64,000 nucleotides of DNA from Acidobacteriota bacterium (GTDB lineage: Bacteria; Acidobacteriota; UBA6911; RPQK01; JAJDTT01): contig OZ253580.1 in the NCBI GenBank assembly GCA_965263035.1, positions 4,352,001 through 4,416,000 on the forward strand, in the 5' to 3' direction. Below are positions 19,235 through 28,961 of this stretch, one piece after another. A model generated the notes under the pieces. That model was not told where the DNA came from. It saw only the letters and a program-made list of their open reading frames with translations, and searched no databases. A program made the position numbers and the translations under genes. Within the stretch, counting starts at the first letter, position 1. Every line of letters starts with the position of its first letter.

Positions 19235-20089
19235 CTACCTCTGCGCCCATTTGAGCTTCTCTCTCAAGACATCGAAGAAGCTCTTGTTGTGGGGCTTGAT
19301 CAGTTCAATTCGACGGTGGGAGCTGGTGCAGACGATCTCGTCCCCCTCCGCGAGCTCCACTCCCTGCTGGCCATCGACGGTCAACATGACGTCTTCGCCC
19401 GAAGTCAGAGTGATCCGGATCTCGCTTTCCGGAGGAAAGACCAGAGGGCGGTTGGTCAGGGTGTGGGGACAGATGGGAGTCACCACGGTGCAGGCCAGGG
19501 AGGGCAGTACGATGGGGCCGCCAGCGGCGAGGGAATAGGCGGTGGAGCCGGTCGGAGTGGCGATGATGAGACCATCGGCCAGGAACGTGGCCATGAAATC
19601 CTCATCGATGTAAGCATCCAGCTGGATGATCCGGGCCAGGGCGCCCTTGGTGATGACCACGTCGTTCAGGGCGTGAAAGCTGGCGCTGGACCCGTCGCTC
19701 CGCTTGACGGTGGCGTCGAGAAGCCGTCTCTCGTCGATCCGATGCTCGCCCTTCAGCAGCCGGTCCAGGGCTTCATACAGCTCGTCCAGAGTGACCTCGG
19801 TGAGGAATCCCAGGGAACCCAGATTCACTGCCAGGATGGGTGCGTTGTTGTCACCGATCGCCCGGGCCACCGAGAGGATGGTGCCGTCGCCTCCGAAGAC
19901 GATGATGGCGTCGACCTGGGAAGGCATCTGCTCCCGGGTCACTCCCGGGTAACCCGAGAGTCCGAAGTTCTCCAGGACGCTCTCCTCCACCAGTGTCTCG
20001 CAACCTCTCCGGCGCAGCCATTGCAAAATCTCCTCCAGGTTGCGGGCGAACTCGGTGCGGTGCGGTTTGGAAACGACTCCTACTCTCAA
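19235..20089 (-). CDS. nadK: NAD(+) kinase (start approximate)
   Basis: GGDGT, GSLGFL, ND, DGLIIATPTGSTAYSLAAGGP. Confidence 0.95.
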   Translation of the reverse strand: MRVGVVSKPHRTEFARNLEEILQWLRRRGCETLVEESVLENFGLSGYPGVTREQMPSQVDAIIVFGGDGTILSVARAIGDNNAPILAVNLGSLGFLTEVTLDELYEALDRLLKGEHRIDERRLLDATVKRSDGSSASFHALNDVVITKGALARIIQLDAYIDEDFMATFLADGLIIATPTGSTAYSLAAGGPIVLPSLACTVVTPICPHTLTNRPLVFPPESEIRITLTSGEDVMLTVDGQQGVELAEGDEIVCTSSHRRIELIKPHNKSFFDVLREKLKWAQR

Positions 20090-20129
20090 CGCCTCCGTTC
20101 TCCCCAACCCTTGGATTCGTTTGGGTCTC

Positions 20130-20405
20130 TCAGTCCTGGCTTCGCCGCAGGAACTTGTCCCGGCACTCCTCGGAGCAGAAGTAGAGGTTCGTGTCCTTGG
20201 TGCGTGTCCGGATCGCCAAGTCGGTGGCAACGTAGATTCCGCATTGGGGATCTTTCACCATCCGCCCGCGGACCGTGGCGCGGGCTCGGTTCGAACGACC
20301 CCGGGACTGGTTTCCGGAGGCCCTCCGCCTGGTTCCGAAAATACGTGCGATGATTGCCCGCACGACCAAGAGCAGAAGCAGAAAGATCAGAAACCGGTAC
20401 AACAC
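20130..20405 (-). CDS. membrane-anchored YHS/TRASH domain protein
   Basis: N-terminal TM helix; KDPQCG...YFCSEEC. Confidence 0.85.
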   Translation of the reverse strand: MLYRFLIFLLLLLVVRAIIARIFGTRRRASGNQSRGRSNRARATVRGRMVKDPQCGIYVATDLAIRTRTKDTNLYFCSEECRDKFLRRSQD

Positions 20406-20414
20406 TGTCCATCC

Positions 20415-21005
20415 TCAGGACTGCTCTTGATTCAGGTGTCCGCGAGCGTTGTTGATATGTTTCTCGATCTGCTCCCTGTGAGGATACTCCGGGTGGGCCG
20501 CCAAGAGTCTCTGCCAGATCCGGATCGCCGCTTCGAATTCTCCGGTAGCGAAGTGGGCAATGCCCAGATTCTGCAGGGTCTGGGCGTGATTCGAGTCCAG
20601 GGAAAGGGACTTCCGGTAGGACTCGATGGCCGATTCCACCTGACCCTGGTAGAGCTGGGCCGTTCCCAGGTCGGTTCGGACGCTCACGTTGCCGGGATCC
20701 AATTCCAGGGCCTCCGCATACCAGGAAGCGGCCGCGTCGAAGCGCTTCATGTCGTAGTACGAATTGCCCAGTAGGATTCGCACTTCCTTGTCTTCGGGAT
20801 GATCCGTGGCACGCTCCTGGAGTTGAGCCAACTGCTCCAGCACTTTCGGAGGGGGGTGATCGGAAGGCAGGGCGGAGGAGTTTTCCTGCGCTTGGGGCGC
20901 CGACTCGGAAACTGTGGCCTCTTGCTGAATTCGAGCGGCGAAGAAACCGAGGATGAACCCTATGGCGACGCCCGTCGCGACCGCCACCCGCGGTTTGTTC
21001 TGCAT
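20415..21005 (-). CDS. membrane-anchored TPR protein
   Basis: TM helix, LPSDHPP, TPRs LGNSYYD and VRTDLGT. Confidence 0.85.
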   Translation of the reverse strand: MQNKPRVAVATGVAIGFILGFFAARIQQEATVSESAPQAQENSSALPSDHPPPKVLEQLAQLQERATDHPEDKEVRILLGNSYYDMKRFDAAASWYAEALELDPGNVSVRTDLGTAQLYQGQVESAIESYRKSLSLDSNHAQTLQNLGIAHFATGEFEAAIRIWQRLLAAHPEYPHREQIEKHINNARGHLNQEQS

Positions 21006-21106
21006 CGGGGCGCATATGTTATCATAATTCCTTCGGTGGGCCGTTGGAGTTTCGGCGGATTCGACGAATTGGCGAGACGAACTTCCCTTCCAAGGACCGT
21101 TAAACC

Positions 21107-21814
21107 ATGTATCGGGGCCAGGATATCGGTGATCGCGATCAACTCGTTGCGACTTGTATCGAGATCCTGAAGTCCGGTAGCGAAGCCGAGCGGTACAAGA
21201 TCCTTCCTCACGTGAGTGTGACTCGTTGCAAGCGTTTCCTGGACCCGTTGCTGGAACTGCTGGGCTCCGCCACTCCAGGAGACAAGGAATTTGCGGCGTT
21301 GGCGCTGGGTGCGTTGGGCGATCCGGAGGCGATCGACCCGTTGTTCACCGTCTTGCAGGACGCCCACGTCTTCAACACGGGCCGGAACGCCTCTCTGGAA
21401 GCTACGGTCATCCTCACCCTTGGCGAGATTGGCGACGAAAAAGCCGTCGATCTACTGCTCCGAGTCTATGACCTGCGTTATCTCGGTGAACCGTCTGCCC
21501 ACAACCGCAAGGTGAACGTGCTGTCGGCGTTGGGCCTGCTGGCTCAGCAGGGAAGTGAGCGTGCCGTCGGCGAGTTATTGACGTTGGCCGCTCAGGAGGT
21601 TTCCGGCCGGCAGGCGCAGGCCGTCACCGAATTGTCCGTCGCCTATTGGCATCGAGCCCATCAGGTTCCGGATACGGTCCTGAAGGTCATATACAAGATC
21701 GCCCAGTCTGGCACGGATGAAGTCCGAAGGGCGGCGGTCGCTGCCCTCTCGACGCTGGCGAACCTGGGTTGCCGCAGGGCCGAAGGCTATTTCTCCGCTC
21801 CGGCATCCGGCTGA
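21107..21814 (+). CDS. HEAT-repeat (PBS lyase-like) protein
   Basis: AALALGALGDPEAIDPL, LGEIGDEKAVDLL, VRRAAVAAL; AGGA SD. Confidence 0.8.
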   Translation: MYRGQDIGDRDQLVATCIEILKSGSEAERYKILPHVSVTRCKRFLDPLLELLGSATPGDKEFAALALGALGDPEAIDPLFTVLQDAHVFNTGRNASLEATVILTLGEIGDEKAVDLLLRVYDLRYLGEPSAHNRKVNVLSALGLLAQQGSERAVGELLTLAAQEVSGRQAQAVTELSVAYWHRAHQVPDTVLKVIYKIAQSGTDEVRRAAVAALSTLANLGCRRAEGYFSAPASG

Positions 21815-22001
21815 AACCGGCTCCCTGATTTCCAGTCTCGTCTCTCCGAAGAAAGCTGTCTCCCTGCCACCGAAACCGGTGCCAGGAATTGGTGCGGGCA
21901 GAGGTGGTGAAATCGGCGAGACGTAATTCAGGACGCACCGGACAACGCCCGTCTCTGCCGCCAATCAGGAGGTAAAACCGGCCCGGTGAGGCTGGCCCTT
22001 A

Positions 22002-22163
22002 ACAGTCCGTGGCAAAAGTCCCGCGAGCACCGAGACCATTTCTGCGCCCGCCGGACAAGGCGCAACGGAGGGAGCATGCCGGGAGTATGTGAGCCGATAG
22101 CAACGCAGTCCGCGCACGATGCAGGGACGGTCGAATGCCGTGACGACTTTTGCCACGGGCTGT
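22002..22163 (-). mobile_element. MITE-like element family B, copy 2
   Basis: TA|ACAGTCCGTGGCAAAAGTC ... GACTTTTGCCACGGGCTGT|TA; flanked by TA; first ~45 nt identical to copy 1. Confidence 0.85.
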
Positions 22164-23185
22164 TATTGACCGCCCTTCAACTGCTTGACCAGATCTCGGG
22201 CCACCGGCGCATTCTCCCCGTCGGGATTGAGCTTGGCGTATTCGGACAGATGCGTAATGGCCCCGTCCAGCTTGTTCATACCCAGCAGGACGATACCGAG
22301 CTGGTAATGGGCTTCGGCGTGCGTGGGGTCGGATGCGACCGCGTTTTGCAGGGCCTCCGCTGCGCCTTGGTTCTGTCCCTTGTTGATGAAGGTGACGCCC
22401 ATATTGTAGTAGTTGATAGCAGCGGCGGCCGGGTCGATGGCGGCGTTGAGTTCGGCCGATTTCTTGAAGGATTCCTCGGCTTTGGACGAATTCCCCATGT
22501 TGGCGTAGATGTTTCCCAGGTTCTGGTAGAAGTTGGCGTTGCTGGGAGCCATCTCGATGGCCTTGTCGTACGCTCCAATGGCGTCATTGTGCTGTTTCAG
22601 CTTCAGGTAGGCGTTGCCGAGATTGGCCCAGATGGACGGCCGTTTGGGATCCTTGGCGACGCATTCCCGGAATGCCACCACCGCTTCCTCGAACTGACCC
22701 AGATTGAAGGCCATGATTCCCCGGTTGTAGGCGGCCCGGACCTCCTTGACCACGGTCTGTTGCTGCATGAACTGTTGCCGCTCTTCCTTGCTCATCTCGA
22801 AGGCCAGCCTGCCCGACTTGCCCTCCTTGAGGGTGAAGTCGACGGTGCCCCGCTTGCCGCCGCCCCTGGGGTCGAAGCCGCCGTCATCGACGCCGAAACT
22901 GGCGCGAACGCCGGACTCGTATTCGGTGCGGTAGCCTGGTTTGCGAGCCACCACCGTGTAGGTGGCCTGGAGACTCACGGCGCCGTGGTAGTACTTTCCC
23001 TTCTTGTTGGTCTTGAGGTTGTATTTCCGGCTGGTGGCCTCGCTTCGAATCGAGACCTCGACACCCTCGACTGGATTGCCTGCAGAGTCCGTGATTGTTC
23101 CTTCCAACTGTCCCACCTGAGCTTCCAGGTTCGGAGCTGTGAGAAGGAGCAGTACGACGGCGATGGGGATCGTGGAGTATTTCAT
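22163..23185 (-). CDS. exported carboxypeptidase-regulatory-like + TPR protein
   Basis: Signal peptide; GTITDSAGNPVEGVEV; multiple TPRs. Confidence 0.88.
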   Translation of the reverse strand: MKYSTIPIAVVLLLLTAPNLEAQVGQLEGTITDSAGNPVEGVEVSIRSEATSRKYNLKTNKKGKYYHGAVSLQATYTVVARKPGYRTEYESGVRASFGVDDGGFDPRGGGKRGTVDFTLKEGKSGRLAFEMSKEERQQFMQQQTVVKEVRAAYNRGIMAFNLGQFEEAVVAFRECVAKDPKRPSIWANLGNAYLKLKQHNDAIGAYDKAIEMAPSNANFYQNLGNIYANMGNSSKAEESFKKSAELNAAIDPAAAAINYYNMGVTFINKGQNQGAAEALQNAVASDPTHAEAHYQLGIVLLGMNKLDGAITHLSEYAKLNPDGENAPVARDLVKQLKGGQ

Positions 23186-25173
23186 GAGTCTGCCTTTCTC
23201 AATCGTGGCCCATCGGAAGCCGGATCTTCACGATCCTGACCCGATGACCACCACTCATTGGCCGAGATCCTGATGGCTTCAATATTATCGACGATGGGAA
23301 AGCTTGGCAAGCTGCGGGTGAAGAGGGATCCGTAGCGCCGAGTGCGAAGGCGGCTGTCGAACACCCCCAGAATTCCGCGGTCTTTCCGGGAGCGGATCAG
23401 ACGTCCCAACCCCTGCCGCAAGGCGATGGTGGCCGCCGGAACCGAGTAGCGGAGAAACGAGTTCTCTCCCTGTTCCTCCAGCCGGTTGAGCCGAGCGGCC
23501 ACCACCGGTTCGGTGGGGACCTGGAAGGGGAGTTTGTCGATCAAGACCGCCCTGAGGGCGTCTCCCGGCACGTCTACTCCCTGCCAGAAGCTGGAGGTGG
23601 CGCAGAGCACCGCGTGAGGCGTCTGCCGGAACTCGTGGAGCAGCTGCGACTGGGGACGGTCCCCCTGGCGGAGCAGGGGATAGGGCAGGCGTTCAATCAT
23701 CAGGTCGTGGACCCGGTTGAGCTGCAGATAGCTGGTGAAGAGCAGGAACGCGTGCCCCTGGGTCAGCTCGAGGATTTCCTCCAGCTGCCGGACCAGTTGG
23801 ATCAGGTATCCGGGCGAGCCCGGCTCCGGGAAGCGCTTGGGAATGTAGAGGAGCGACTGTTTCGCATAGTCGAACTCGCCGGCGGTGACCATCTGACGAG
23901 CCTCGCCCAGGCCCAGGCGGGTCCGAACGTAGGAGAAGTCTCCGCTGGTGGTGAGAGTTGCGGAGAGCAGTATGGCGGACGGGACCTGGGCAAAGAGCCT
24001 CTGTTCCAAGGTTGAGGCCACCTCGATCGGAGTCAGATTGAGGAATGTGCCGCGGCCCCGGCGCCGCATCCAATGGACACTCTCCCGATCTTCCAGGTCG
24101 AAGAATCGTTCCAGGTGAAGGGCCAGCGATTCCACCCGGCGCAGCAGCATGTCCCGTTCCTGGTGGGACGGGTCCCGCAGACTCAACTTGCCGTGAAGAT
24201 TCGACAAGGTCCTTGCCAACTGGCGGTAGGCGTCGAGGGCGGGAACACGCAAGTCGGCCGGCGTGCCGTCGGCTCGTCTCGCCGAATCGAGAGCCCATGT
24301 TCCTTCGGCGGCCGGCAGGGCGGAAAACAACATCTCGGCACGGGACTCGAGGTCGCGAACGGCCCGCATCGAATCGGTGTCGGGATAGGATGCGGCCAGA
24401 TCCCGAGCCAGCTCCTCCACCTGATAGCTGCTGATTCGTTTCCCCAGGTGGGTGCAGGCGATCTCCTCGACTGCGTGAGCTTCATCCAGGATCAGCGTGG
24501 AGAAATCGGGGAGGATGCTCCCCAGCTCATCGACTTCCAGGGCCAGATGAGCGAAGAAGAGGGCATGGTTGACGATGATGACGTCTGCTTCCAGAGCCTT
24601 TTGGCGCATGCGCGTGATGAAGCAGCGATCGAAGTGGGAGCATTTCTGACCCGTGCAGCTCTCGCTCCGGGCATCCAGTTCTCTCCAGAGGGGATCCGAA
24701 TCGGACATCCATTCCAATTCGGAACGGTCGCCGGTTTCGGTCTCGAGAGCCCACTCCGACAGGGCCTGCCGAGACTGGAGCCACTCTTGGGACAGGGAGA
24801 GCGATCTGGCATGGTGCTCCAGCTTCCGAAGACAGAGATAGTTCTGGCGCCCCTTCATGTAGGTCACCTTCATGTCGGGGAAGAGGTGCCGCCGAATGAA
24901 AGGGACGTCCTTCAGGTAGAGCTGTTCTTGAAGATTGCGTGTTGCCGTGGAGATGATGGTCTTGCGGCGGCTGGCGATGGCCGGAACCAGATAGGCCAGG
25001 GTCTTGCCGGTTCCGGTGCCGGCTTCGGCACAGAGGTGATGGCCTTGCTGAATCGCTTCCAGAACCGAGAGGGACAATTCCAGTTGCGAAGGCCGGTATT
25101 CGTAACCCGGGAGTTCTCCGGCCAGCAGTCCTCCCGGGGAGAAGACCTCCTGAAGTGTGAATTCGGACGCCAT
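23182..25173 (-). CDS. DinG/YoaA-family ATP-dependent Fe-S DNA helicase
   Basis: EAGTGTGKT, DEAH, SAT, QGLGRLIR; four Fe-S Cys (YLC, CTGQKC, C). Confidence 0.92.
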   Translation of the reverse strand: MASEFTLQEVFSPGGLLAGELPGYEYRPSQLELSLSVLEAIQQGHHLCAEAGTGTGKTLAYLVPAIASRRKTIISTATRNLQEQLYLKDVPFIRRHLFPDMKVTYMKGRQNYLCLRKLEHHARSLSLSQEWLQSRQALSEWALETETGDRSELEWMSDSDPLWRELDARSESCTGQKCSHFDRCFITRMRQKALEADVIIVNHALFFAHLALEVDELGSILPDFSTLILDEAHAVEEIACTHLGKRISSYQVEELARDLAASYPDTDSMRAVRDLESRAEMLFSALPAAEGTWALDSARRADGTPADLRVPALDAYRQLARTLSNLHGKLSLRDPSHQERDMLLRRVESLALHLERFFDLEDRESVHWMRRRGRGTFLNLTPIEVASTLEQRLFAQVPSAILLSATLTTSGDFSYVRTRLGLGEARQMVTAGEFDYAKQSLLYIPKRFPEPGSPGYLIQLVRQLEEILELTQGHAFLLFTSYLQLNRVHDLMIERLPYPLLRQGDRPQSQLLHEFRQTPHAVLCATSSFWQGVDVPGDALRAVLIDKLPFQVPTEPVVAARLNRLEEQGENSFLRYSVPAATIALRQGLGRLIRSRKDRGILGVFDSRLRTRRYGSLFTRSLPSFPIVDNIEAIRISANEWWSSGQDREDPASDGPRLRKADS

Positions 25174-25176
25174 GAC

Positions 25177-25231
25177 CAATCTGTGGTGAAAGGCCCTCGG
25201 GGCACCGAAACTGGGGCTGTGCCCGCCGGAC
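25177..25231 (-). repeat. eroded half of MITE family B
   Basis: CAATCTGTGGTGAAAGGCCCTCGGGGCACCGAAACTGGGGCTGTGCCCGCCGGAC aligns to the reverse complement of ~10803-10856. Confidence 0.7.
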
Positions 25232-25257
25232 CTTCGTCGAGACTTCGCTCACGCGGG

Positions 25258-26508
25258 TTACCGGAGACGGTCGGCATAGAAGGCGTGACGCCGGGTCAGT
25301 GACACGACTTCGCGGCCGATTCCGTCCAGGGCACCCTCGTCATCGCAATTCGTGAGAGCCTCGCCGATCCAACGCCCGATTCGATCCATCTCGGCCTCTT
25401 TCATGCCGCAGGTGGTCACCGTGGGGGTCCCGATCCGAATCCCGCTGGTGACCAGGGGGGGGTGGGCGTCGAAGGGGATCGTGTTTTTGTTGACCGTGAT
25501 TCGGGCCCGCTCCAGGGTCGCGTCCGCCCGCTTGCCGGTCAGGCCTCGAGAGAAGCAGTCCACCAGGAAAAGGTGGTTGTCGGTGCCGCCCGAAACGATC
25601 CGGAACCCCTGTTCCGCGACACTTCGGGCCAAGGCCTTGGCATTGGAAAGGACCTGCCGCTGATAGCTATTGAAGCCGGGGCTGAGGGCTTCCTTCAGGC
25701 AGACCGCCTTGGCCGCGATGATGTGAACCAGAGGCCCCCCCTGGGTGCCGGGAAAGACCAGCCGGTCGATTTGCTTCTTGTGCTCTTCGCGGCAGAGGAC
25801 GATGCCGCCTCGGGGTCCGCGAAGGGTCTTGTGGGTCGTCGTCGTAACGAAATCGGCGAAGGGAATGGGGCTGGGATGGAGGCCGGCCGCCACCGGACCG
25901 GCAATGTGGGCAATGTCGGCCAGCAGAAAAGCTCCGACGCCTCGAGCGATCTGGGACAGGCGATCAAAGTGGATGGTCCGGCTGTAGGCGCTGGCCCCGG
26001 CCACGATCATTCGGGGTTTCTCCCGTTTGGCCAGATCCTCCAACTCGTCGTAGTCGATCTCTTCCGTGTCCCGGCGGACGCCGTAGGCGGCGACGCGGAA
26101 ATACTTCCCGGAAAAGTTGAGGGGGTGCCCATGGGAAAGGTGGCCCCCGTGGGACAGGTTCATGCCCAGAATCTTGTCACCCGGCTCGAGCGCGGCCAGA
26201 TAGACGGCGATGTTGGCCTGGGTACCCGAGTGAGGTTGGACGTTGGCATGGTCGGCTCCGAAGAGTTGTTTGGCTCTCTCGATAGCCAACGACTCCACCA
26301 CGTCCACATGCTCGCAGCCTCCGTAGTACCGGCGGCCCGGGTAGCCTTCCGCGTATTTGTTGGTGAAGACCGATCCCATGGCCTCCAGGACCGCCTCACT
26401 GACGTAGTTCTCGGAGGCGATGAGCTCCAGGGTCTCGCTCTGTCTGCGGGTTTCTTGGGAGATGGCCTCGGCCACTTCCGGATCTGTCTCGTACAAGGAT
26501 CGATGCAT
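25258..26508 (-). CDS. glyA: serine hydroxymethyltransferase
   Basis: [35 protein letters not shown]. Confidence 0.98.
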   Translation of the reverse strand: MHRSLYETDPEVAEAISQETRRQSETLELIASENYVSEAVLEAMGSVFTNKYAEGYPGRRYYGGCEHVDVVESLAIERAKQLFGADHANVQPHSGTQANIAVYLAALEPGDKILGMNLSHGGHLSHGHPLNFSGKYFRVAAYGVRRDTEEIDYDELEDLAKREKPRMIVAGASAYSRTIHFDRLSQIARGVGAFLLADIAHIAGPVAAGLHPSPIPFADFVTTTTHKTLRGPRGGIVLCREEHKKQIDRLVFPGTQGGPLVHIIAAKAVCLKEALSPGFNSYQRQVLSNAKALARSVAEQGFRIVSGGTDNHLFLVDCFSRGLTGKRADATLERARITVNKNTIPFDAHPPLVTSGIRIGTPTVTTCGMKEAEMDRIGRWIGEALTNCDDEGALDGIGREVVSLTRRHAFYADRLR

Positions 26509-26540
26509 GGTTGCTGCGTCTCCAATCGCGGCCCGGGACC

Positions 26541-26647
26541 GGCTGCCTTCCTTGGTCCTGTACTGCCGCTATGCGTCCCCGTCGCGCCTTGACCGGCGGG
26601 TTCTTCACCGGCTTCTCTTGATTTGCAGGGACGGTCGCCACGGACTG
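26541..26647 (+). repeat. eroded MITE family B remnant
   Basis: GTACTGCCGCTATGC...CGCGCCTTGACCGGCGGG...GGGACGGTCGCCACGGACTG parallels ~10772-10856. Confidence 0.65.
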
Positions 26648-26663
26648 TCGAGCGCCGGCGGAG

Positions 26664-27101
26664 TCAGCGCTCCAGCGATGAAATCTTGCGGACTCGGCGG
26701 TCATGGCGGCCGCCTTCAAAACCGACCCGGAGCCATTCTCGCACCATGGAAAGGGCCAGCTTCGGCTCGAGAGTTCGAGCGCCCAAGGCCAGCACGTTGG
26801 CGTGGTTGTGCTGGCGGCAGAGACGAACCGTTTCCAGGTCGTGGCAGACGGCCGCCCGGACACCGAAGAACTTGTTGGCGGCGATGGCCATGCCGATCCC
26901 GGTGCCGCAGACGAGGATGCCGCGCTCGGCGTTGCCGGTCGAGACACTCTGGGCCACCGATGCCGCGAAGTCAGGATAGTCCACGCTCTCGTCCGTGTGG
27001 GCTCCCTGGTCGGTGACTTCGTGGTGATCGGCTTCGAGCATGTCTCTGATCCGGTCTTTGAGTGCTACTCCGGCGTGATCAGCGCCAATCCAAATCTGCA
27101 T
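26664..27101 (-). CDS. rpiB: ribose 5-phosphate isomerase B
   Basis: GADHAG, DYPD, CGTGIG, HNHANVL, FEGGRH. Confidence 0.97.
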   Translation of the reverse strand: MQIWIGADHAGVALKDRIRDMLEADHHEVTDQGAHTDESVDYPDFAASVAQSVSTGNAERGILVCGTGIGMAIAANKFFGVRAAVCHDLETVRLCRQHNHANVLALGARTLEPKLALSMVREWLRVGFEGGRHDRRVRKISSLER

Positions 27102-27175
27102 GCGCGAGGCTCCGACAGAAGGGATGGTAGCTCACTTGACTTGATCCGGTCAAACCGATAAAAACAGCGCTTCCC

Positions 27176-28879
27176 ATGCACTGGTCTCGCTTCTTCGCCC
27201 CCACTCTGAAGGAGATTCCTGCGGAGGCGGAGGTCCCTTCCCATCGGCTTCTGCTGCGCGCCGCCTTTGTCCGCCAGTTGGGTTCAGGGATCTATTCCTT
27301 TCTTCCCCTGGCGAGACGAACCTTGGGGAAAATCGAGGCCATTATCCGCCGCGAGATGGACGCCATCGGCGCTCAGGAATTCATATTGCCGGCCCTGCAC
27401 CCGGCCGAGCCTTGGAGGGAATCGGGCCGCTGGGAAGCCATGGGGGAAGAGATGTTCCGGCTCAAGGATCGCTCCGATCGGGACATGTGCCTCGGGATGA
27501 CCCATGAGGAGATCTTCACCACCATCGCTCGTGACGAGATCAGGTCCTACCGTGAACTGCCCCAGATCTGGTATCAGATCCAGCTCAAGTTCCGGGATGA
27601 ACCCCGCCCCAAGTCCGGCCTGCTGCGGGTGCGCCACTTTCACATGAAGGATTCCTACAGCTTCGACCTCGACGCCGAAGGATTGGACCGCAGCTACCGG
27701 CTTCACGAGCAGGCCTACCGCAAGATCTTCGATCGCTGCGGTCTCCAGTACCTGGTGGTCGAGGCAGACTCGGGAGCCATGGGAGGTAGCGTCTCGCACG
27801 AGTTCATGGTCCGGACCGATGCCGGAGAGGATCATGTCGTGACGTGTGCCTGCGGGTATGCGTCCAACCTGGATCGGGCCGAATCGGCATTGGCGGTGCA
27901 GGAAGACGAGGCGGCGGACCTTCCACCCCGGAAGGTGCATACGCCCGGTCGGAAGACGATTCAGGAGGTGAGCGACTTTCTGGACGTCCCCCGGTCCCGG
28001 CAGATCAAATCGCTGGTCTACGTGGTGCGAGAGACTCCTTGGCTGTTGTTGCTTCGGGGCGACCACCAGCTCAATGAACTCAAGCTGAGTCGGGTGGCCG
28101 GCACCGGCGACCTCCGAATGGCCCGGCCCGAAGAGATCAGGGCCCTATTCGGAGCCGACGCGGGCAGTCTGGGACCGGTGGGGGCCGGCTTCGCCAAGGT
28201 GGTGGCCGATCTGGGGCTGGAGGGACGGCGGAACCTGGTCTGTGGCGCCAATCAGGACGACTATCATCTGATCCATGTCACTCCGGGAAGGGATTTTCAG
28301 GCGAACTACCAGGACCTGCGCCTGATCGAGCAGGGGGACCCGTGTCTGGAATGCGGGCAGCCCTTGCAGCTGGAGAAGACACTGGAAATCGGCCATATCT
28401 TCAAGCTGGGGTACAAGTACAGCGAGTCCATGAGGGCCCGGGTGCTGGACCGGCAAGGGAAGGAGCGGCCCTGGATCATGGGCAGCTACGGAATCGGTCT
28501 GGAGCGGATCATGGCTGCCGCGGTGGAGCTGTACCACGACGAGTACGGTATCGTCTGGCCCCGGGCGTTGGCGCCGTTCCAGGTCGTGGTCACGATCGTG
28601 CGGGTGGATGACCGGAACCAGGTCGCCGCCGCCCGTGAGATCTACCGGACCCTCTGGGACAGGGGCATTGACTGTCTTCTGGATGACCGGGACGAGCGGC
28701 TCGGCTTCAAGTTCAAGGACGCCGAACTCATCGGAGTCCCGATTCGAATCACCGTCGGCCGCGCCCTCCGCCAAGGACGGGTCGAGATCTTCTCCCGCAA
28801 GGATCGCAGCAAGAGCGAGGTCCCTCTGGGCACAGCCGTCCAGACCGTCCTTGAGATGCTCCGCGCCTATCCCATCTGA
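27176..28879 (+). CDS. proS: proline--tRNA ligase with INS editing domain
   Basis: THEE, KFRDEPRPKSGLLR, MKDSYSF, GHIFKLG, MGSYGIG. Confidence 0.97.
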   Translation: MHWSRFFAPTLKEIPAEAEVPSHRLLLRAAFVRQLGSGIYSFLPLARRTLGKIEAIIRREMDAIGAQEFILPALHPAEPWRESGRWEAMGEEMFRLKDRSDRDMCLGMTHEEIFTTIARDEIRSYRELPQIWYQIQLKFRDEPRPKSGLLRVRHFHMKDSYSFDLDAEGLDRSYRLHEQAYRKIFDRCGLQYLVVEADSGAMGGSVSHEFMVRTDAGEDHVVTCACGYASNLDRAESALAVQEDEAADLPPRKVHTPGRKTIQEVSDFLDVPRSRQIKSLVYVVRETPWLLLLRGDHQLNELKLSRVAGTGDLRMARPEEIRALFGADAGSLGPVGAGFAKVVADLGLEGRRNLVCGANQDDYHLIHVTPGRDFQANYQDLRLIEQGDPCLECGQPLQLEKTLEIGHIFKLGYKYSESMRARVLDRQGKERPWIMGSYGIGLERIMAAAVELYHDEYGIVWPRALAPFQVVVTIVRVDDRNQVAAAREIYRTLWDRGIDCLLDDRDERLGFKFKDAELIGVPIRITVGRALRQGRVEIFSRKDRSKSEVPLGTAVQTVLEMLRAYPI

Positions 28880-28961
28880 TTTCCCGGCTCGATCCCGCCT
28901 TTCCGGCGGTCCGATACTTCGCGTAAGGGCCAGAAACCACGGGAGTTGCTCCGAATATCGG

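Noticed and set aside
21897-21963. tRNA-like: GGCAGAG...CTCTGCC-G-CCA with GGTGAAATCGG and an internal TTCA
   Set aside because: Only 67 nt, no TTCRA T-loop and no proper anticodon stem; retained only as part of the structured-segment finding
25177-26647. Composite transposon carrying glyA
   Set aside because: rpiB-glyA adjacency is widespread and ancestral, the ends are degenerate and no target duplication is visible; independent insertions are simpler
26509-26663. ZTP/glycine/THF riboswitch upstream of glyA
   Set aside because: Consensus motifs not found; the sequence is better explained as an eroded family B element
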